Of a stretch of 64,000 bases of DNA, positions 1 to 9,563 are shown in pieces. This DNA is from Candidatus Aminicenantes bacterium (lineage in GTDB: Bacteria; Acidobacteriota; Aminicenantia; Aminicenantales; UBA8522): NCBI GenBank assembly GCA_017886205.1, contig JAFNEO010000013.1, forward strand, positions 25,997 to 89,996. Reading direction: 5' to 3'. Numbering within the stretch: position 1 is the stretch's first letter; each line of letters opens with the position of its first letter. The position numbers and the translations under genes were made by a program. Under the pieces are notes generated by a model. It was not told the DNA's origin. It saw nothing but the letters and a program-made list of their open reading frames with translations, and made no database searches.

Positions 1-1114
1 GCGGGAAATAGTCGTCCACCCCGCGCGCGAAGCCCATGTTCATCGAGACGTTGCCCGTGGCCGTGAAAAGGGACGTCCTGTAACCCTTGCCCTTCAGATA
101 GACAGGGATGGTCGGGAGCTCCTCGGAGAGCTTGTTCATCAGGATCCGGACCTTGTGGCTCTCGGGGTACAGGCCTGTGAACAGCGTGGCCACGCTGGAG
201 CGCGTGAACGACGCGTTTGCGTAGGCGTTCTCGAAGACGACGGCGTCCGCGGCGAACCTGTCGAGGTTTGGCGACGTCGGCCGCGCATAGCCGTAGACCC
301 CCAGATGGTCAGGACGGCAGGCGTCGATCAGGAGGATGAAGACGTCCGGCGAGCCCGTGAACCGCGGGACCGTCCCCGGGAAGGGGGCGGCCGGGGTACG
401 GACAATTGAATTCTCGACGACGTCGAAACTCCCGGACCTCGCTGCGAACGTAACGAACCCGGGCGACGGATCGTCGAACGCGTGAACGATCCTCCGCGAA
501 AGGAGACCGGGTTTCCGGTCGAACGTCCGGGCCGTTCTGCGGCCCTCGTGGAACAGGACCTCGGTGATCCCGAGGACGCCGCGCCCCCGGAACTCGAGGC
601 GGCCGGAGGCCCATTCCGTGCCCACGGTTAGGGATTCACCTTCTTCGAGGTGGCGGCGCCGGCGGGGCTCCCGCGGGCCCGCGAGGACTTCGTGGACTGT
701 CAGGACGTCGTTGGTAGTCTTCTCGAATTCCAGGAAATTGAAGCCAGCGTTCAAGCGGACGCTGAACCCGGCGGCAGCACGTCGCGGCGACGTCGCGAGC
801 TCGCCGACGGCCGCCCGGTTGACCAGGAGGCGACAGGGATTCCCTCGAAGGGCGTACTCGATCGAGATCCGAGTCTCGGCCGCGGCCGTCCTCCAGAGGA
901 TGAAGCGGGCGGTGTTCCGGACGGCGGTAAAGGCCCCGTCCTTGACCTCAAAGCCGCCCCAGATGTTGTTCCGGCCGGACGCGGGATCGATCACGGACTG
1001 GTCCTCAGTCCAGACGAACGTCGCCGGCAGGTCCCGCGAGGGAGCCCGGCTCCCGCAGCCGTACGCGCCCAGGAGGATCGAGGCGATCGCGAATGCGGCG
1101 CAGGCTCTTCTCAC
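1..1114 (-). CDS. sulfatase-fold (alkaline-phosphatase superfamily) lipoprotein, partial; 3' end runs off the left edge
   Basis: Absent from the ORF track because it leaves the window. Hand translation of the minus strand from GTG at 1114 gives VRRACAAFAIASILLGAYGCGS (lipobox-like). It continues ...SPDVFILLIDACRPDHLGVYGY...ASFTRSSVATLFTGLYPESH, the metal-binding and nucleophile blocks of the sulfatase/LtaS/EptA fold. The frame stays open down to base 2. Confidence 0.6.
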   Translation of the reverse strand, partial: MRRACAAFAIASILLGAYGCGSRAPSRDLPATFVWTEDQSVIDPASGRNNIWGGFEVKDGAFTAVRNTARFILWRTAAAETRISIEYALRGNPCRLLVNRAAVGELATSPRRAAAGFSVRLNAGFNFLEFEKTTNDVLTVHEVLAGPREPRRRRHLEEGESLTVGTEWASGRLEFRGRGVLGITEVLFHEGRRTARTFDRKPGLLSRRIVHAFDDPSPGFVTFAARSGSFDVVENSIVRTPAAPFPGTVPRFTGSPDVFILLIDACRPDHLGVYGYARPTSPNLDRFAADAVVFENAYANASFTRSSVATLFTGLYPESHKVRILMNKLSEELPTIPVYLKGKGYRTSLFTATGNVSMNMGFARGVDDYFP

Positions 1115-1121
1115 TTCTACG

Positions 1122-1127
1122 ATTATA
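1122..1127 (-). promoter_or_regulatory. -10 box (TATAAT) 7 nt upstream of the GTG start; candidate leaderless promoter
   Basis: Minus strand reads TTGCCG (1145-1150), 17 nt, TATAAT (1122-1127), cgtagaa, GTG (1114). The TCCGATATAAT string is identical to the one at 1300-1310. Confidence 0.4.
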
Positions 1128-1304
1128 TCGGACGCGTCCCGCCCCGGCAAGCGGAAAGATAACAGAAGTTACTCCAAAATAGCCACCCGGGCAGCCACCG
1201 GAATGATTTTCCGGAGCTCTTTATACATGAATGCTCATCCTGGCAGTGCAGCGGAACCGGAGTAGGGCCAAGATTATCGTTTTGGAGTTGGACCCGTGTT
1301 CCGA

Positions 1305-1310
1305 TATAAT
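1305..1310 (+). promoter_or_regulatory. -10 box (TATAAT) 6 nt upstream of ATG 1317; candidate leaderless promoter
   Basis: TTGGAG (1282-1287), 17 nt, TATAAT (1305-1310), gtttcc, ATG (1317). There is no Shine-Dalgarno sequence. Confidence 0.4.
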
Positions 1311-1316
1311 GTTTCC

Positions 1317-2951
1317 ATGACCGCGCTGAGCGTGAAACGGGTCGCCCTCCTCCTGCTCGTCCTGACGACCGCCGCCTTTCCGCAAACAGAGCCATGGGAT
1401 CCTGTTTTCTTCACATCGGGCGGAAAGGATTATCGCCTGGTCGTCCGCTGCCTGCCGTCCGGAGAAAGCTTCGTCATCCTCTCCGACGGGACGACGGAGA
1501 CCGTCCTGGGAGAGGCGGGCGGCGAGAACCTGTTCCCTGTCGCCCAAGTTTCCAGGGACTGCTTCTATGTCCTCTGGATTTACTACCAGGACGAGCGTAC
1601 GGGCCTCGGACTTTACGACTCTGAGACAAAGTCGTCCCGCGTCATTCCCCTCCCAGGGTTGAAATTCGCCGGACCGCCTGTTCTCATCGAACAGGCCGGA
1701 CAGCCCGCCGGGTTGGTCTTCCTAGGCAACGCGTCCGACAACGACGATGTCTTCTTCTTCGACCTGAAGACGAATGGCCTCGCCAACGTCACCCGGACGG
1801 CCTGGTCAGAGAAAGCGTTTACCACCGAGGCCGGTCCAGGCGGGGTCCTTCTCCGGACCGTAAGCCTAAGGGACCGGTCCCAATACCTGCTGGGTACCGG
1901 TCAGACCGCTTTCCGCCTGCAACGGCGCGAATCCCTCAAGAGGCCAGAGCCGAGGGAGAAGGCCCCATCTCCCGACGACGAAGAGGACTGCCGGCCCGCG
2001 AACACCTATGCCGCCTTCGGCGACAGCATCACCTACGGGGTCGTGCGCATGTATGACCTTGAAGGAGAGGAGCACCCCGAGCTGGCCTACCCGGAACGTA
2101 TGAGAGAGGCGCTATCGACATTCTACGGCCCGGCCTTTCCCATTAACCTGGGGGTTCCGGGAGAGACGACTTATGACGGGGTCCTGCGGGTCGATCGCGA
2201 CCTCGCGGGCCTGAACGCCCTTTACTTCCTCCTGATGATGGGCACGAACGACTGCATCAAAGGCTGGTTCTCCGTCGATTCCAGCATGGAGAACTTCGCC
2301 TACCTCATCGATGCCGCCGCCAAACGGGGCATGAGGGTCATTGTTTCGACCATCCCGCCACGCAAAGACGCCTTGGGAAGCCGTCCTTTTGTCCAAAGAA
2401 ACATCGCCAAATTCAACCTAGGGACTGCCGAGCTTGCGGCCGAGAACGGGATCGGATTAATCGACACGCACGGCGCCTTTATGGCGACCAATCCCCCGGA
2501 CGGATGGAAGGCCCTCCTCGAGGACATCGGGGGCAATCATCCGAGCCCGGCCGGACACATTGTCATCGCCGGTCTGTTCGCGGCCGTCCTGGCCGCCTTT
2601 TCCCCGCTTGTCCCGACCGGCATCGAGGACGACTCGTCAGAGTGGCCTGTCGTCCGGAGGTTCCGCTGGGACCCCGGCTGTGAATCCGACCTTTTGTGCT
2701 ACCGGGTGGAATTCGGTCCCTTCCCGGCTGCCCTCGAGAATGTCGCCATCACGAGCGCGAACTGGATCGTCTTCCCGGGATTCCCCTCGGACGACATCTA
2801 TTTCCGCGTCCAGGCGGTCGACGCGGCCGGAAATCTGAGCGGTTTCACGCGAATCCACACCACCGCCGAGAGGCCCCGGGCCCCGCGCCGGATCCACCGC
2901 CCCGACATCGTCCGCCGGCCGCCGACCGGCGGGTCCCGGGGGACGCAATGA
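1317..2951 (+). CDS. secreted SGNH/GDSL-family hydrolase with N-terminal beta-rich domain and C-terminal FN3-like domain
   Basis: Signal peptide MTALSVKRVALLLLVLTTAAFPQ. SGNH blocks AAFGDSITYG (GDS), GVPGETT and MMGTNDC. The C-terminal RFRWDP...YRVEF...IYFRVQAVDAAGN looks FN3-like. Start moved from 1296 to ATG 1317. Confidence 0.7.
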   Translation: MTALSVKRVALLLLVLTTAAFPQTEPWDPVFFTSGGKDYRLVVRCLPSGESFVILSDGTTETVLGEAGGENLFPVAQVSRDCFYVLWIYYQDERTGLGLYDSETKSSRVIPLPGLKFAGPPVLIEQAGQPAGLVFLGNASDNDDVFFFDLKTNGLANVTRTAWSEKAFTTEAGPGGVLLRTVSLRDRSQYLLGTGQTAFRLQRRESLKRPEPREKAPSPDDEEDCRPANTYAAFGDSITYGVVRMYDLEGEEHPELAYPERMREALSTFYGPAFPINLGVPGETTYDGVLRVDRDLAGLNALYFLLMMGTNDCIKGWFSVDSSMENFAYLIDAAAKRGMRVIVSTIPPRKDALGSRPFVQRNIAKFNLGTAELAAENGIGLIDTHGAFMATNPPDGWKALLEDIGGNHPSPAGHIVIAGLFAAVLAAFSPLVPTGIEDDSSEWPVVRRFRWDPGCESDLLCYRVEFGPFPAALENVAITSANWIVFPGFPSDDIYFRVQAVDAAGNLSGFTRIHTTAERPRAPRRIHRPDIVRRPPTGGSRGTQ

Positions 2952-3745
2952 GACCCCTTGTCTTCCCGGGCATCGTCTCGACGGCCATGATCCTGTTCGC
3001 GGCGGTGTCCGTGAACGGATGCCGGGACGCGCGGGACTCCCGGCTCCTCGAGACGCCCTACGCCGTGACCGACGATTTGGGCAATCCGAGGGAATACCGC
3101 CTGTTCCTCCCCGAGGGAAGCAGCCGCGTCCCCCTCATCGTCTATTTCCACGGCGTTATCTCTCCGGGATTCAAGAGAATTCCGGCCCTCAAGGACTATA
3201 CAGGGAGCCCTGTGGAAGAGACGGACCTTATCCCCTTCTGCCGCGAGAACGGTATCGCCCTGCTCGTGCCCTCCGCCCTGTACGAATACAAGTTCCTGAA
3301 ATGCGTTTCCAAGGGATGGCTCACCGAGAAGGAGATCGATGGGGTCGAGAAGATCATCGACACGGTCGTCGAGCGCTATCTGGTAGACCGCAGCCGCATC
3401 TACCTAGCCGGGATCTCGGCCGGGGCGGTGTTCAGCCATTACCTGGCCAACCGGCGGCCGCGCTTCTACAGCGCGGTCCTGTCTCATTCCCAGGCTTACG
3501 TGAACCCTGAAGGCGTCGTCCTGCGCCCCGCCGAAAAAGGGCCGAGGTTCGGCGTGGTCTTCTGCTATAACATCGGCGACTACAAGAACCTCATCGCCTT
3601 TTGCGAGGAATCGGAGCGCATCTACCGAGAGGACGGATACCGGACGATTCTCCTCCGGGACCTCCCGCCTCGGGGTCACGCCTGGTCAAGCCCGAATAAC
3701 GCCCGCTTCTGGATGCTCCTCCGGTCCCTCGGCCAGAAGCACTAG
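2948..3745 (+). CDS. alpha/beta-hydrolase esterase lipoprotein (PHB-depolymerase/esterase-like)
   Basis: ATGA overlap with the upstream stop. Signal peptide plus lipobox (AAVSVNGC). PLIVYFHGV oxyanion-type block and GxSxG nucleophile elbow (AGISAGA). Confidence 0.6.
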   Translation: MRPLVFPGIVSTAMILFAAVSVNGCRDARDSRLLETPYAVTDDLGNPREYRLFLPEGSSRVPLIVYFHGVISPGFKRIPALKDYTGSPVEETDLIPFCRENGIALLVPSALYEYKFLKCVSKGWLTEKEIDGVEKIIDTVVERYLVDRSRIYLAGISAGAVFSHYLANRRPRFYSAVLSHSQAYVNPEGVVLRPAEKGPRFGVVFCYNIGDYKNLIAFCEESERIYREDGYRTILLRDLPPRGHAWSSPNNARFWMLLRSLGQKH

Positions 3746-3829
3746 ACGTCCGCCGATCCGCAGCCACTTTGTTTGACAGGCTTCGGCGCTAACTGCTATA
3801 CTCGAGCAAAAGAAGGAGTCTAGCTCACG

Positions 3830-5692
3830 ATGACCGCGCATAGGTCAACCGTTGGCCGAAAGATCGCCCTTGCCGGCATCATCGTACTGGCCGTGGCGGC
3901 GGTTTTGAGCGCGGTGCTATGGCATCGTTCTCACAGCCTCCCATCCTATGCCCAGGGGGAAAGCAGCCGGGTTTCGCCGGTCCTCAAGCCATCAGGACTG
4001 GAGGTGAGAGACTTCTTCCTGGCAGGCGGGCGCTATCTTCTGCGCCTAGACTCCGAGAGCCCGTCTCTGCTCTGGAAGATCGATCGCCCCGTAGCCGGCG
4101 AGCTCGAGGTGGCGTTCCATGCCGTTCTCAAGGCGGGCGCCGCGACCGCCTTCGGCTTCTCCGCCACGGTGACCGAAGGGAACGGCCGCGCGCGGGAGCT
4201 GTTTTCGAAGGAGTGGCGCCCCTCGCCGGAGGAGGCGGTCGACCAGAAGTTCAAGGTGCCGGTCTCTGTCGCCAAAGGAGCCGCGATCGAGTTTCGCCTC
4301 GCCCCGCCAACCACAGACGACCCGTCCGTCCTGGACGCGGGGATCACGATCCCGCGTCTGGCCGTCGGGGCCTCCGGCCCTAAGCCCAGCAACCTGTTTA
4401 TTATCTCGATCGACGCCCTGCGTCGGGACACTCTTGGGATCTACCAGGCGCTCTCCGGACATCCCCCGGCGCTTAGCCTCTCGCCGGAGCTCGACAAGTT
4501 CTCGGAGGACGCCGTGGTCTTCCTGAACGCCCGGACAACCCAGCCATCAACCTGGCCCGCGCTCTCGTCCCTCCACCTTTCGGCCTACCCGGCGGTCCAT
4601 GGGGTTACTGAGAACCGGACGTTCCTCGAAGCCCCGGGCAGGTCAATCGCGACGCTGATGAGGGACCGGGGCTATGCGACGTTAGCCCTGGGCTCCAATG
4701 GCATCAACCTGAACATCCCGGGCTTTGAGGAAAAACACATAATTTATAGAGGGGACGACCGCCTGCTCGCCTACGGCCGCAACAGGATCGCCGCGCAGGC
4801 TGCGGCGCCGTTCTTCCACTGGTACCATCTCATCGGATGCCACGACCAGTACTTCCCGCCGGAGTGGGTCATGAAGATCGTCGCGCGGGACGACCCGGGC
4901 TATGTCTATAAAAGGATCCCCACGAACGACATGATGAGGGGCGAAGCCCCCTGCGGTCCCGAAGAGGTCGCGGCCGTCCGTCGGCTCTATGGTGGCGCTC
5001 TCTTCTACACGGATTCCCTCCTGAAGGAAACTTTCGACGACCTTAAGAGCCGGGGCCTATGGGACGACACCCTCGTCATCGTCACGGCCGACCACGGCGA
5101 AGAGCTCTACGACCACAACCGGTTTTTCCATCACAGCCCGTCTCTCTACGACGGCGCCCTTCGCGTCCCCCTGCTCATCAAGTTTCCCCACCAGCGCGGT
5201 CGCCGCGTTATCGCAGAGAACGTTTCCCACATCGATATCCTGCCCACGATCCAACATTATTTCGCGGGACGCCCGGAGCCCGGCCGCTACGCCGGGATGT
5301 CGCTCCTCGACCTCCTGGCCCGGAAGCGCCGCGCCTTCCGTAAGCGCGTCCTGTTCGCCGAAGTAGAAAGGTCCCGAGTCGTGGCTGCCGTCCTCGGAAA
5401 CTACAAGCTCATCCATAACCCTGCCGGGATTATCCCCAGGACGCCCCTCGGGCATCCCTTTCCGATGGGCCCGGTCGAGTTCTATGACCTCGTCAAGGAT
5501 CCGAAGGAGACCGTGAACCTTGCCAAGATCGATCATCCCGTCCTTCGACGTCTGCTGGCCGAGACAAGTCGCTATATACGGGAGGCCCAGGCCCCCCGCC
5601 TCAAAAGAGCGAAAGGCGGGGACATCGAACTTACGGAGCAGGAGCGCCGGGAGGCCGATGAGATCCTTCGGAGCCTCGGCTATATCAAGTGA
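3830..5692 (+). CDS. membrane-anchored sulfatase-fold (alkaline-phosphatase superfamily) enzyme with N-terminal beta-rich domain
   Basis: GAAGGAG Shine-Dalgarno before the ATG; N-terminal TM segment (IALAGIIVLAVAAVLSAVLW). NLFIISIDALRRDTLG metal-binding block, TTQPSTWPALSSLHLSAYPAVHG nucleophile block and VTADHGEE. Ends in ...EILRSLGYIK. Confidence 0.75.
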   Translation: MTAHRSTVGRKIALAGIIVLAVAAVLSAVLWHRSHSLPSYAQGESSRVSPVLKPSGLEVRDFFLAGGRYLLRLDSESPSLLWKIDRPVAGELEVAFHAVLKAGAATAFGFSATVTEGNGRARELFSKEWRPSPEEAVDQKFKVPVSVAKGAAIEFRLAPPTTDDPSVLDAGITIPRLAVGASGPKPSNLFIISIDALRRDTLGIYQALSGHPPALSLSPELDKFSEDAVVFLNARTTQPSTWPALSSLHLSAYPAVHGVTENRTFLEAPGRSIATLMRDRGYATLALGSNGINLNIPGFEEKHIIYRGDDRLLAYGRNRIAAQAAAPFFHWYHLIGCHDQYFPPEWVMKIVARDDPGYVYKRIPTNDMMRGEAPCGPEEVAAVRRLYGGALFYTDSLLKETFDDLKSRGLWDDTLVIVTADHGEELYDHNRFFHHSPSLYDGALRVPLLIKFPHQRGRRVIAENVSHIDILPTIQHYFAGRPEPGRYAGMSLLDLLARKRRAFRKRVLFAEVERSRVVAAVLGNYKLIHNPAGIIPRTPLGHPFPMGPVEFYDLVKDPKETVNLAKIDHPVLRRLLAETSRYIREAQAPRLKRAKGGDIELTEQERREADEILRSLGYIK

Positions 5693-5741
5693 GCGCCAAA
5701 GAGGAAGGACTAGCCTTCTGAGGACGAAAACTCCGCGGATC

Positions 5742-7085
5742 ATGGCCGTTTGGGCAGCGGCTGCCCTTATGTTCGGAGTTTCCACGTCCGCTTCCTGCCG
5801 CCGGGAGACTAGAACTCCCCGGGTCTATGTCATCGGGCTCGACGGCGCGACCTGGGACATCATCGACCCCCTGATCGCTCAGGGAAAGCTCCCAGTCTTC
5901 AAGGCCTTGAAGGAGGAAGGCGCCTGGGCCAGGCTCCGGACCTTCGACCCGACGCTGTCGGCCGTCGTTTGGACAAGCATCGCAACGGGCAAGACAATGA
6001 TCAAGCACGGCATCGTCGACTGGACCTTTGTCAACAAACATAACCTCCAGGTCCCCTATTCCAGTTCGGAGAAAAGGGTGCCCTCGATCTGGGAGATGAT
6101 GGACGAGCACGGCCTGCGGAGCGTTGTCCTCAACTGGTTCGTCACCTATCCGCCCGACGCCGTCTCCGGGGTTATGGTCTCGGACTCGTTCTCGGCGGCC
6201 GCCCTTAAGACCCTGTCGGGCAAAGGTGACCCCGAGGCCTTGATTGATACGGTCTATCCGCCGGAGGAATTCCCCAAGCTCTACGTGATCCTCTCCCGGA
6301 TGAACGCCGAAGGGGCCCTCAAGTATCCGAGACTGGTCCGGGAAATGGAAATTCCCGACTACATCGCGGAGTTCAAGACCCGGTATCCCGAGGACGTCAA
6401 ACGTGTCCCCATCCTGAGCGTCTGGCCGTCGTTCCTGGCCTACGACAGAATCCAGGACACGCTCGTGGATCATTACCTCGAAGAGAACGATTACGATCTC
6501 TTCCTGGCCTACTATCGTTTCCCGGACGTCTTCTTCCATTTCGCGACGCTGTTCTTGGAAAAGGAATATCACGACCGCATCGACGCGTTCGTCGGCGCCC
6601 CCGTCGAACCCTCGCCCGAAGTCCTCGACGAATTCAACCGAAAGATGGCCGAGGTCGCCTGGCCCATCCTGAGGGAAAAAGAAGCGCTCCTTTCGAAGGT
6701 TGTCGAACGCGCCCGGTTGGAGAAGGCCTATCTTCTGGTAGTCTCCGACCACGGATTCCTGATGTCCTCCAAAGGCTATACCCATTACGGCCTTCCGGAC
6801 GGCACGCCCCCGCCCGACGGCATCCTCGCCCTGATCGGGCCGGACGTCAAACCGGGGCTCCGGATCGAGGCCTCAGTCTACGACATCGCCCCGACGATCC
6901 TGTACCTCAAGGGGCTTCCGGTGGGCGCCGACATGGATGGAAAGCCCCTGCTCGAGCCCCTGACGGTCCGCCGGCCCGTCCGGACGGCGCTCTACACCCG
7001 GATGAGGCACCAGCCGGCGAAGGAGAATCCGGAGCTCGACAAGAAGAAGCTCGAGGAGCTGCGTTCCCTGGGCTATATCAAGTAG
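5742..7085 (+). CDS. type I phosphodiesterase / nucleotide pyrophosphatase (NPP) family protein, alkaline-phosphatase superfamily
   Basis: Start re-placed at ATG 5742 (MAVWAAAALMFGVSTSASC signal/lipobox). VIGLDGATWDII, FDPTLSAVVWTSIATGKTMIKHGIV and VVSDHGF blocks. Ends in ...LEELRSLGYIK. Confidence 0.7.
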   Translation: MAVWAAAALMFGVSTSASCRRETRTPRVYVIGLDGATWDIIDPLIAQGKLPVFKALKEEGAWARLRTFDPTLSAVVWTSIATGKTMIKHGIVDWTFVNKHNLQVPYSSSEKRVPSIWEMMDEHGLRSVVLNWFVTYPPDAVSGVMVSDSFSAAALKTLSGKGDPEALIDTVYPPEEFPKLYVILSRMNAEGALKYPRLVREMEIPDYIAEFKTRYPEDVKRVPILSVWPSFLAYDRIQDTLVDHYLEENDYDLFLAYYRFPDVFFHFATLFLEKEYHDRIDAFVGAPVEPSPEVLDEFNRKMAEVAWPILREKEALLSKVVERARLEKAYLLVVSDHGFLMSSKGYTHYGLPDGTPPPDGILALIGPDVKPGLRIEASVYDIAPTILYLKGLPVGADMDGKPLLEPLTVRRPVRTALYTRMRHQPAKENPELDKKKLEELRSLGYIK

Positions 7086-7088
7086 CCG

Positions 7089-9401
7089 TCAGGCCGCCTT
7101 CGTCCGCCCCGCGACCAGACTGCAGGACCCCGCCGCCAGATAGGCGATCCCCGCCAGGACGAGGACGACTGTGAAGTTCCAGTTGATGGAGACGATCACG
7201 GCTAGGATCGAGCCCAGCACGGTGGCGAACGAGTTGGCTCCCCAGGCCCAGCCGATCATAGTCTTGTTCGTTTCTCCAAGCCTGCGTATTCCTTCAGGGA
7301 AAAAAGCGCCCATGAAGAACCCAGCGAGCGATATGAGGACAAACGATACGGCGATGCGCAAGGGAAACGGCAAAAAGATGAAACGATCGAGCAGCCAAAA
7401 AAGGCCGAATCCGTAAGCCGTAAGCAGGATCGCCAGAAAAAGGGAAAAAATCGTGGCCATGCGCGTTCCCAGGACCCGGCTGAAATGCTTCGAAAACAAG
7501 CTGCCGACGCCGGATGAAACCAGGAGCGAAAAGATGATGATCGAAATTGAGATGGCCGGGCTGCCGAGGAACAATTGAAAGATCTTGATGAAGATGATTT
7601 CGACCATGATAAACGCCAGGCCGATGAAAAAGAAGTAGGAAATTAAGGGCTTCTGACCCGCCCCCACAGATTTTCGCCTCAAAGGCAGAAAGATGAGAAA
7701 AAAGGATAATAGAAGAGACAGGCCGAGTATGGACAGGTATATGGAATTGGAATAGACAAGGGCGAAATGGATGATGGTTTCCCCCATCCCCTCTATTTGC
7801 ATATTACGAAAACGGAATTGACCGATTCGGTTCGGCTGGTTGAAATAGGGCGAATTATCATAGACCGGCGCGATATTGACGGACGAGCGTCGCACGGTTG
7901 TTTCCAAATCGTCCATCATGCGGTAGTAGAGATTGTCCTCCCGTTTGTCAGGCGAGTAAACGACTCGGCCGTTTTTTCCGACGGAATCCTTGAGCGTTTC
8001 GTAGTCGGCGGAGGTGAATTCGCCTTTTTTCAGAAAAAAATGATTGAAGCCACGGGTATACTGGATGATAAAAAATTTATCCTGCGGGCGGTCGACGCCC
8101 ATTTCCTTTAAAGCTTTCAACGCCGTGGCGAACAACCGCTCTCCGTTCCAATGGAGGATATAAATAAATCCGCCGGGCTGCAAATGATCCCAGTAGTCTT
8201 TGAAGCTTTCCACCGTATAAATATAGGTTTCAGAAATGCTGAGGGCGCCGGAAAGCAGCGAATCGGCATTATGAGAGTTGACCATTTGTATGACGTCGAA
8301 TTTGCGGTTCATGCGCTTAAGAGCACTTCGGCCCTCATCAGCAAGCAGGGTTACTTGAGGCAGGTGAAAGATGTTTCCCGTGAAGACGGCATATTCCTTC
8401 TTAAGCAAGTCGCAGATGACGGGGTCCATCTCAATGGCCACGATCATTTTGAAGCCGTGGGACAGAGCGCAGAGGACTTCATAACCGCCGGCCGATCCGA
8501 TGATGACGGCCGAGCCGGGCCGAGCCACCTGATAGGCCAGCGAAGCCGGGTCCCATTCGATCTTTTTCAGAGAGGAGAGGTCGCCGTTGAATTTTCGGAT
8601 GAAAGACTGCATTGTGCCGCCGTTGATCCAGATGACTTTTCGGTTCGGCGTCCATGATGCCACGTCAATCTTGTCGATCGTGCTCCAACGGCTGTATTCA
8701 ATGAGGCCTTTTTTAAGCTGCGCGTTGTAATGCCTTTTAGCTTCGACGAGCTTGGGAACGAGGGGAAAGATATTTTGTTCATAGCGAAACATGACGATGA
8801 AAGAAACGATCAAGCCGGCGGAAATGAGGATACGGGGGGTTCGGCGACCTCCGGCCATAAAAAACCAGGCCAGCGCCAGGATCAAAAAAAGAACAGCCAA
8901 AATGCGGTTCGGTCCCAACCGGGGAATCAGCGGGATAATGGCCAGGGAACCGAGGCTCGCTCCAGCTAAATCAATAAAATAGAGGCGGCCGATATTTTCA
9001 GAGAAATTGGAGAATATTGACGCCAGGACGACGCCGCCGAAAAAAAAGGGGAGGAGCAGTACCAGGAAATTGAGAACGAGATATAGGAAATTGCTGAACG
9101 GATTGAAAAGACGGAGGAAATCGATGCTGAAAACCAGGGTGGCTTTATAAGCCAGAGGAAGTGATATTGTGAAATAAAGAAGAAAGCGGGACAGGCGGGC
9201 CGCCTGGTTGAGCTGTCTTGTCACTTTACGCAACGCCAGATAGACGCCGCTCAACCCGTAACCGAAGAGCGCCAGAGAAATGATTAAGAAAGCAAATTGT
9301 CCGAAGTAGATCACGGAGAAGACCCGGGTCAGTAAGACTTCAACGAGCAGAGTGGAAAAGGTGATGGCGAATATCGTGAACAGCAACCTCCAGCGATTCA
9401 T
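7089..9401 (-). CDS. polytopic membrane protein with central spermidine-synthase-like (PABS/SAM-methyltransferase fold) domain
   Basis: GGAGGA Shine-Dalgarno before ATG 9401 (MNRWRLLFTIFAITF). About 7 hydrophobic helices lie on each side of a soluble domain with SAVIIGSAGGYEVLCAL and FDVIQMVNSH blocks. Clearly lower GC and AT-biased codons compared with the neighbouring genes. Confidence 0.65.
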   Translation of the reverse strand: MNRWRLLFTIFAITFSTLLVEVLLTRVFSVIYFGQFAFLIISLALFGYGLSGVYLALRKVTRQLNQAARLSRFLLYFTISLPLAYKATLVFSIDFLRLFNPFSNFLYLVLNFLVLLLPFFFGGVVLASIFSNFSENIGRLYFIDLAGASLGSLAIIPLIPRLGPNRILAVLFLILALAWFFMAGGRRTPRILISAGLIVSFIVMFRYEQNIFPLVPKLVEAKRHYNAQLKKGLIEYSRWSTIDKIDVASWTPNRKVIWINGGTMQSFIRKFNGDLSSLKKIEWDPASLAYQVARPGSAVIIGSAGGYEVLCALSHGFKMIVAIEMDPVICDLLKKEYAVFTGNIFHLPQVTLLADEGRSALKRMNRKFDVIQMVNSHNADSLLSGALSISETYIYTVESFKDYWDHLQPGGFIYILHWNGERLFATALKALKEMGVDRPQDKFFIIQYTRGFNHFFLKKGEFTSADYETLKDSVGKNGRVVYSPDKREDNLYYRMMDDLETTVRRSSVNIAPVYDNSPYFNQPNRIGQFRFRNMQIEGMGETIIHFALVYSNSIYLSILGLSLLLSFFLIFLPLRRKSVGAGQKPLISYFFFIGLAFIMVEIIFIKIFQLFLGSPAISISIIIFSLLVSSGVGSLFSKHFSRVLGTRMATIFSLFLAILLTAYGFGLFWLLDRFIFLPFPLRIAVSFVLISLAGFFMGAFFPEGIRRLGETNKTMIGWAWGANSFATVLGSILAVIVSINWNFTVVLVLAGIAYLAAGSCSLVAGRTKAA

Positions 9402-9511
9402 CCATTCCTCCAAAAGAAGTAGGCCATTATATCGTTCCCCATTGGAAGGCGTCAAATGCAATGAGCCGAATAAGACTTGAAAGGTCTTGTCAATTCAGCG
9501 ACCGTCCATCT

Positions 9512-9539
9512 TTGAAATATTTGTCTCTTCCGGTATAAT
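9512..9539 (+). promoter_or_regulatory. sigma70-type promoter TTGAAA-16-TATAAT for the PD40 gene
   Basis: TTGAAA at 9512-9517 and TATAAT at 9534-9539. The predicted transcription start near 9546 excludes ATG 9543 and favours ATG 9564. Confidence 0.45.
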
Positions 9540-9563
9540 GATATGAGAGTTGAAACGATAATC

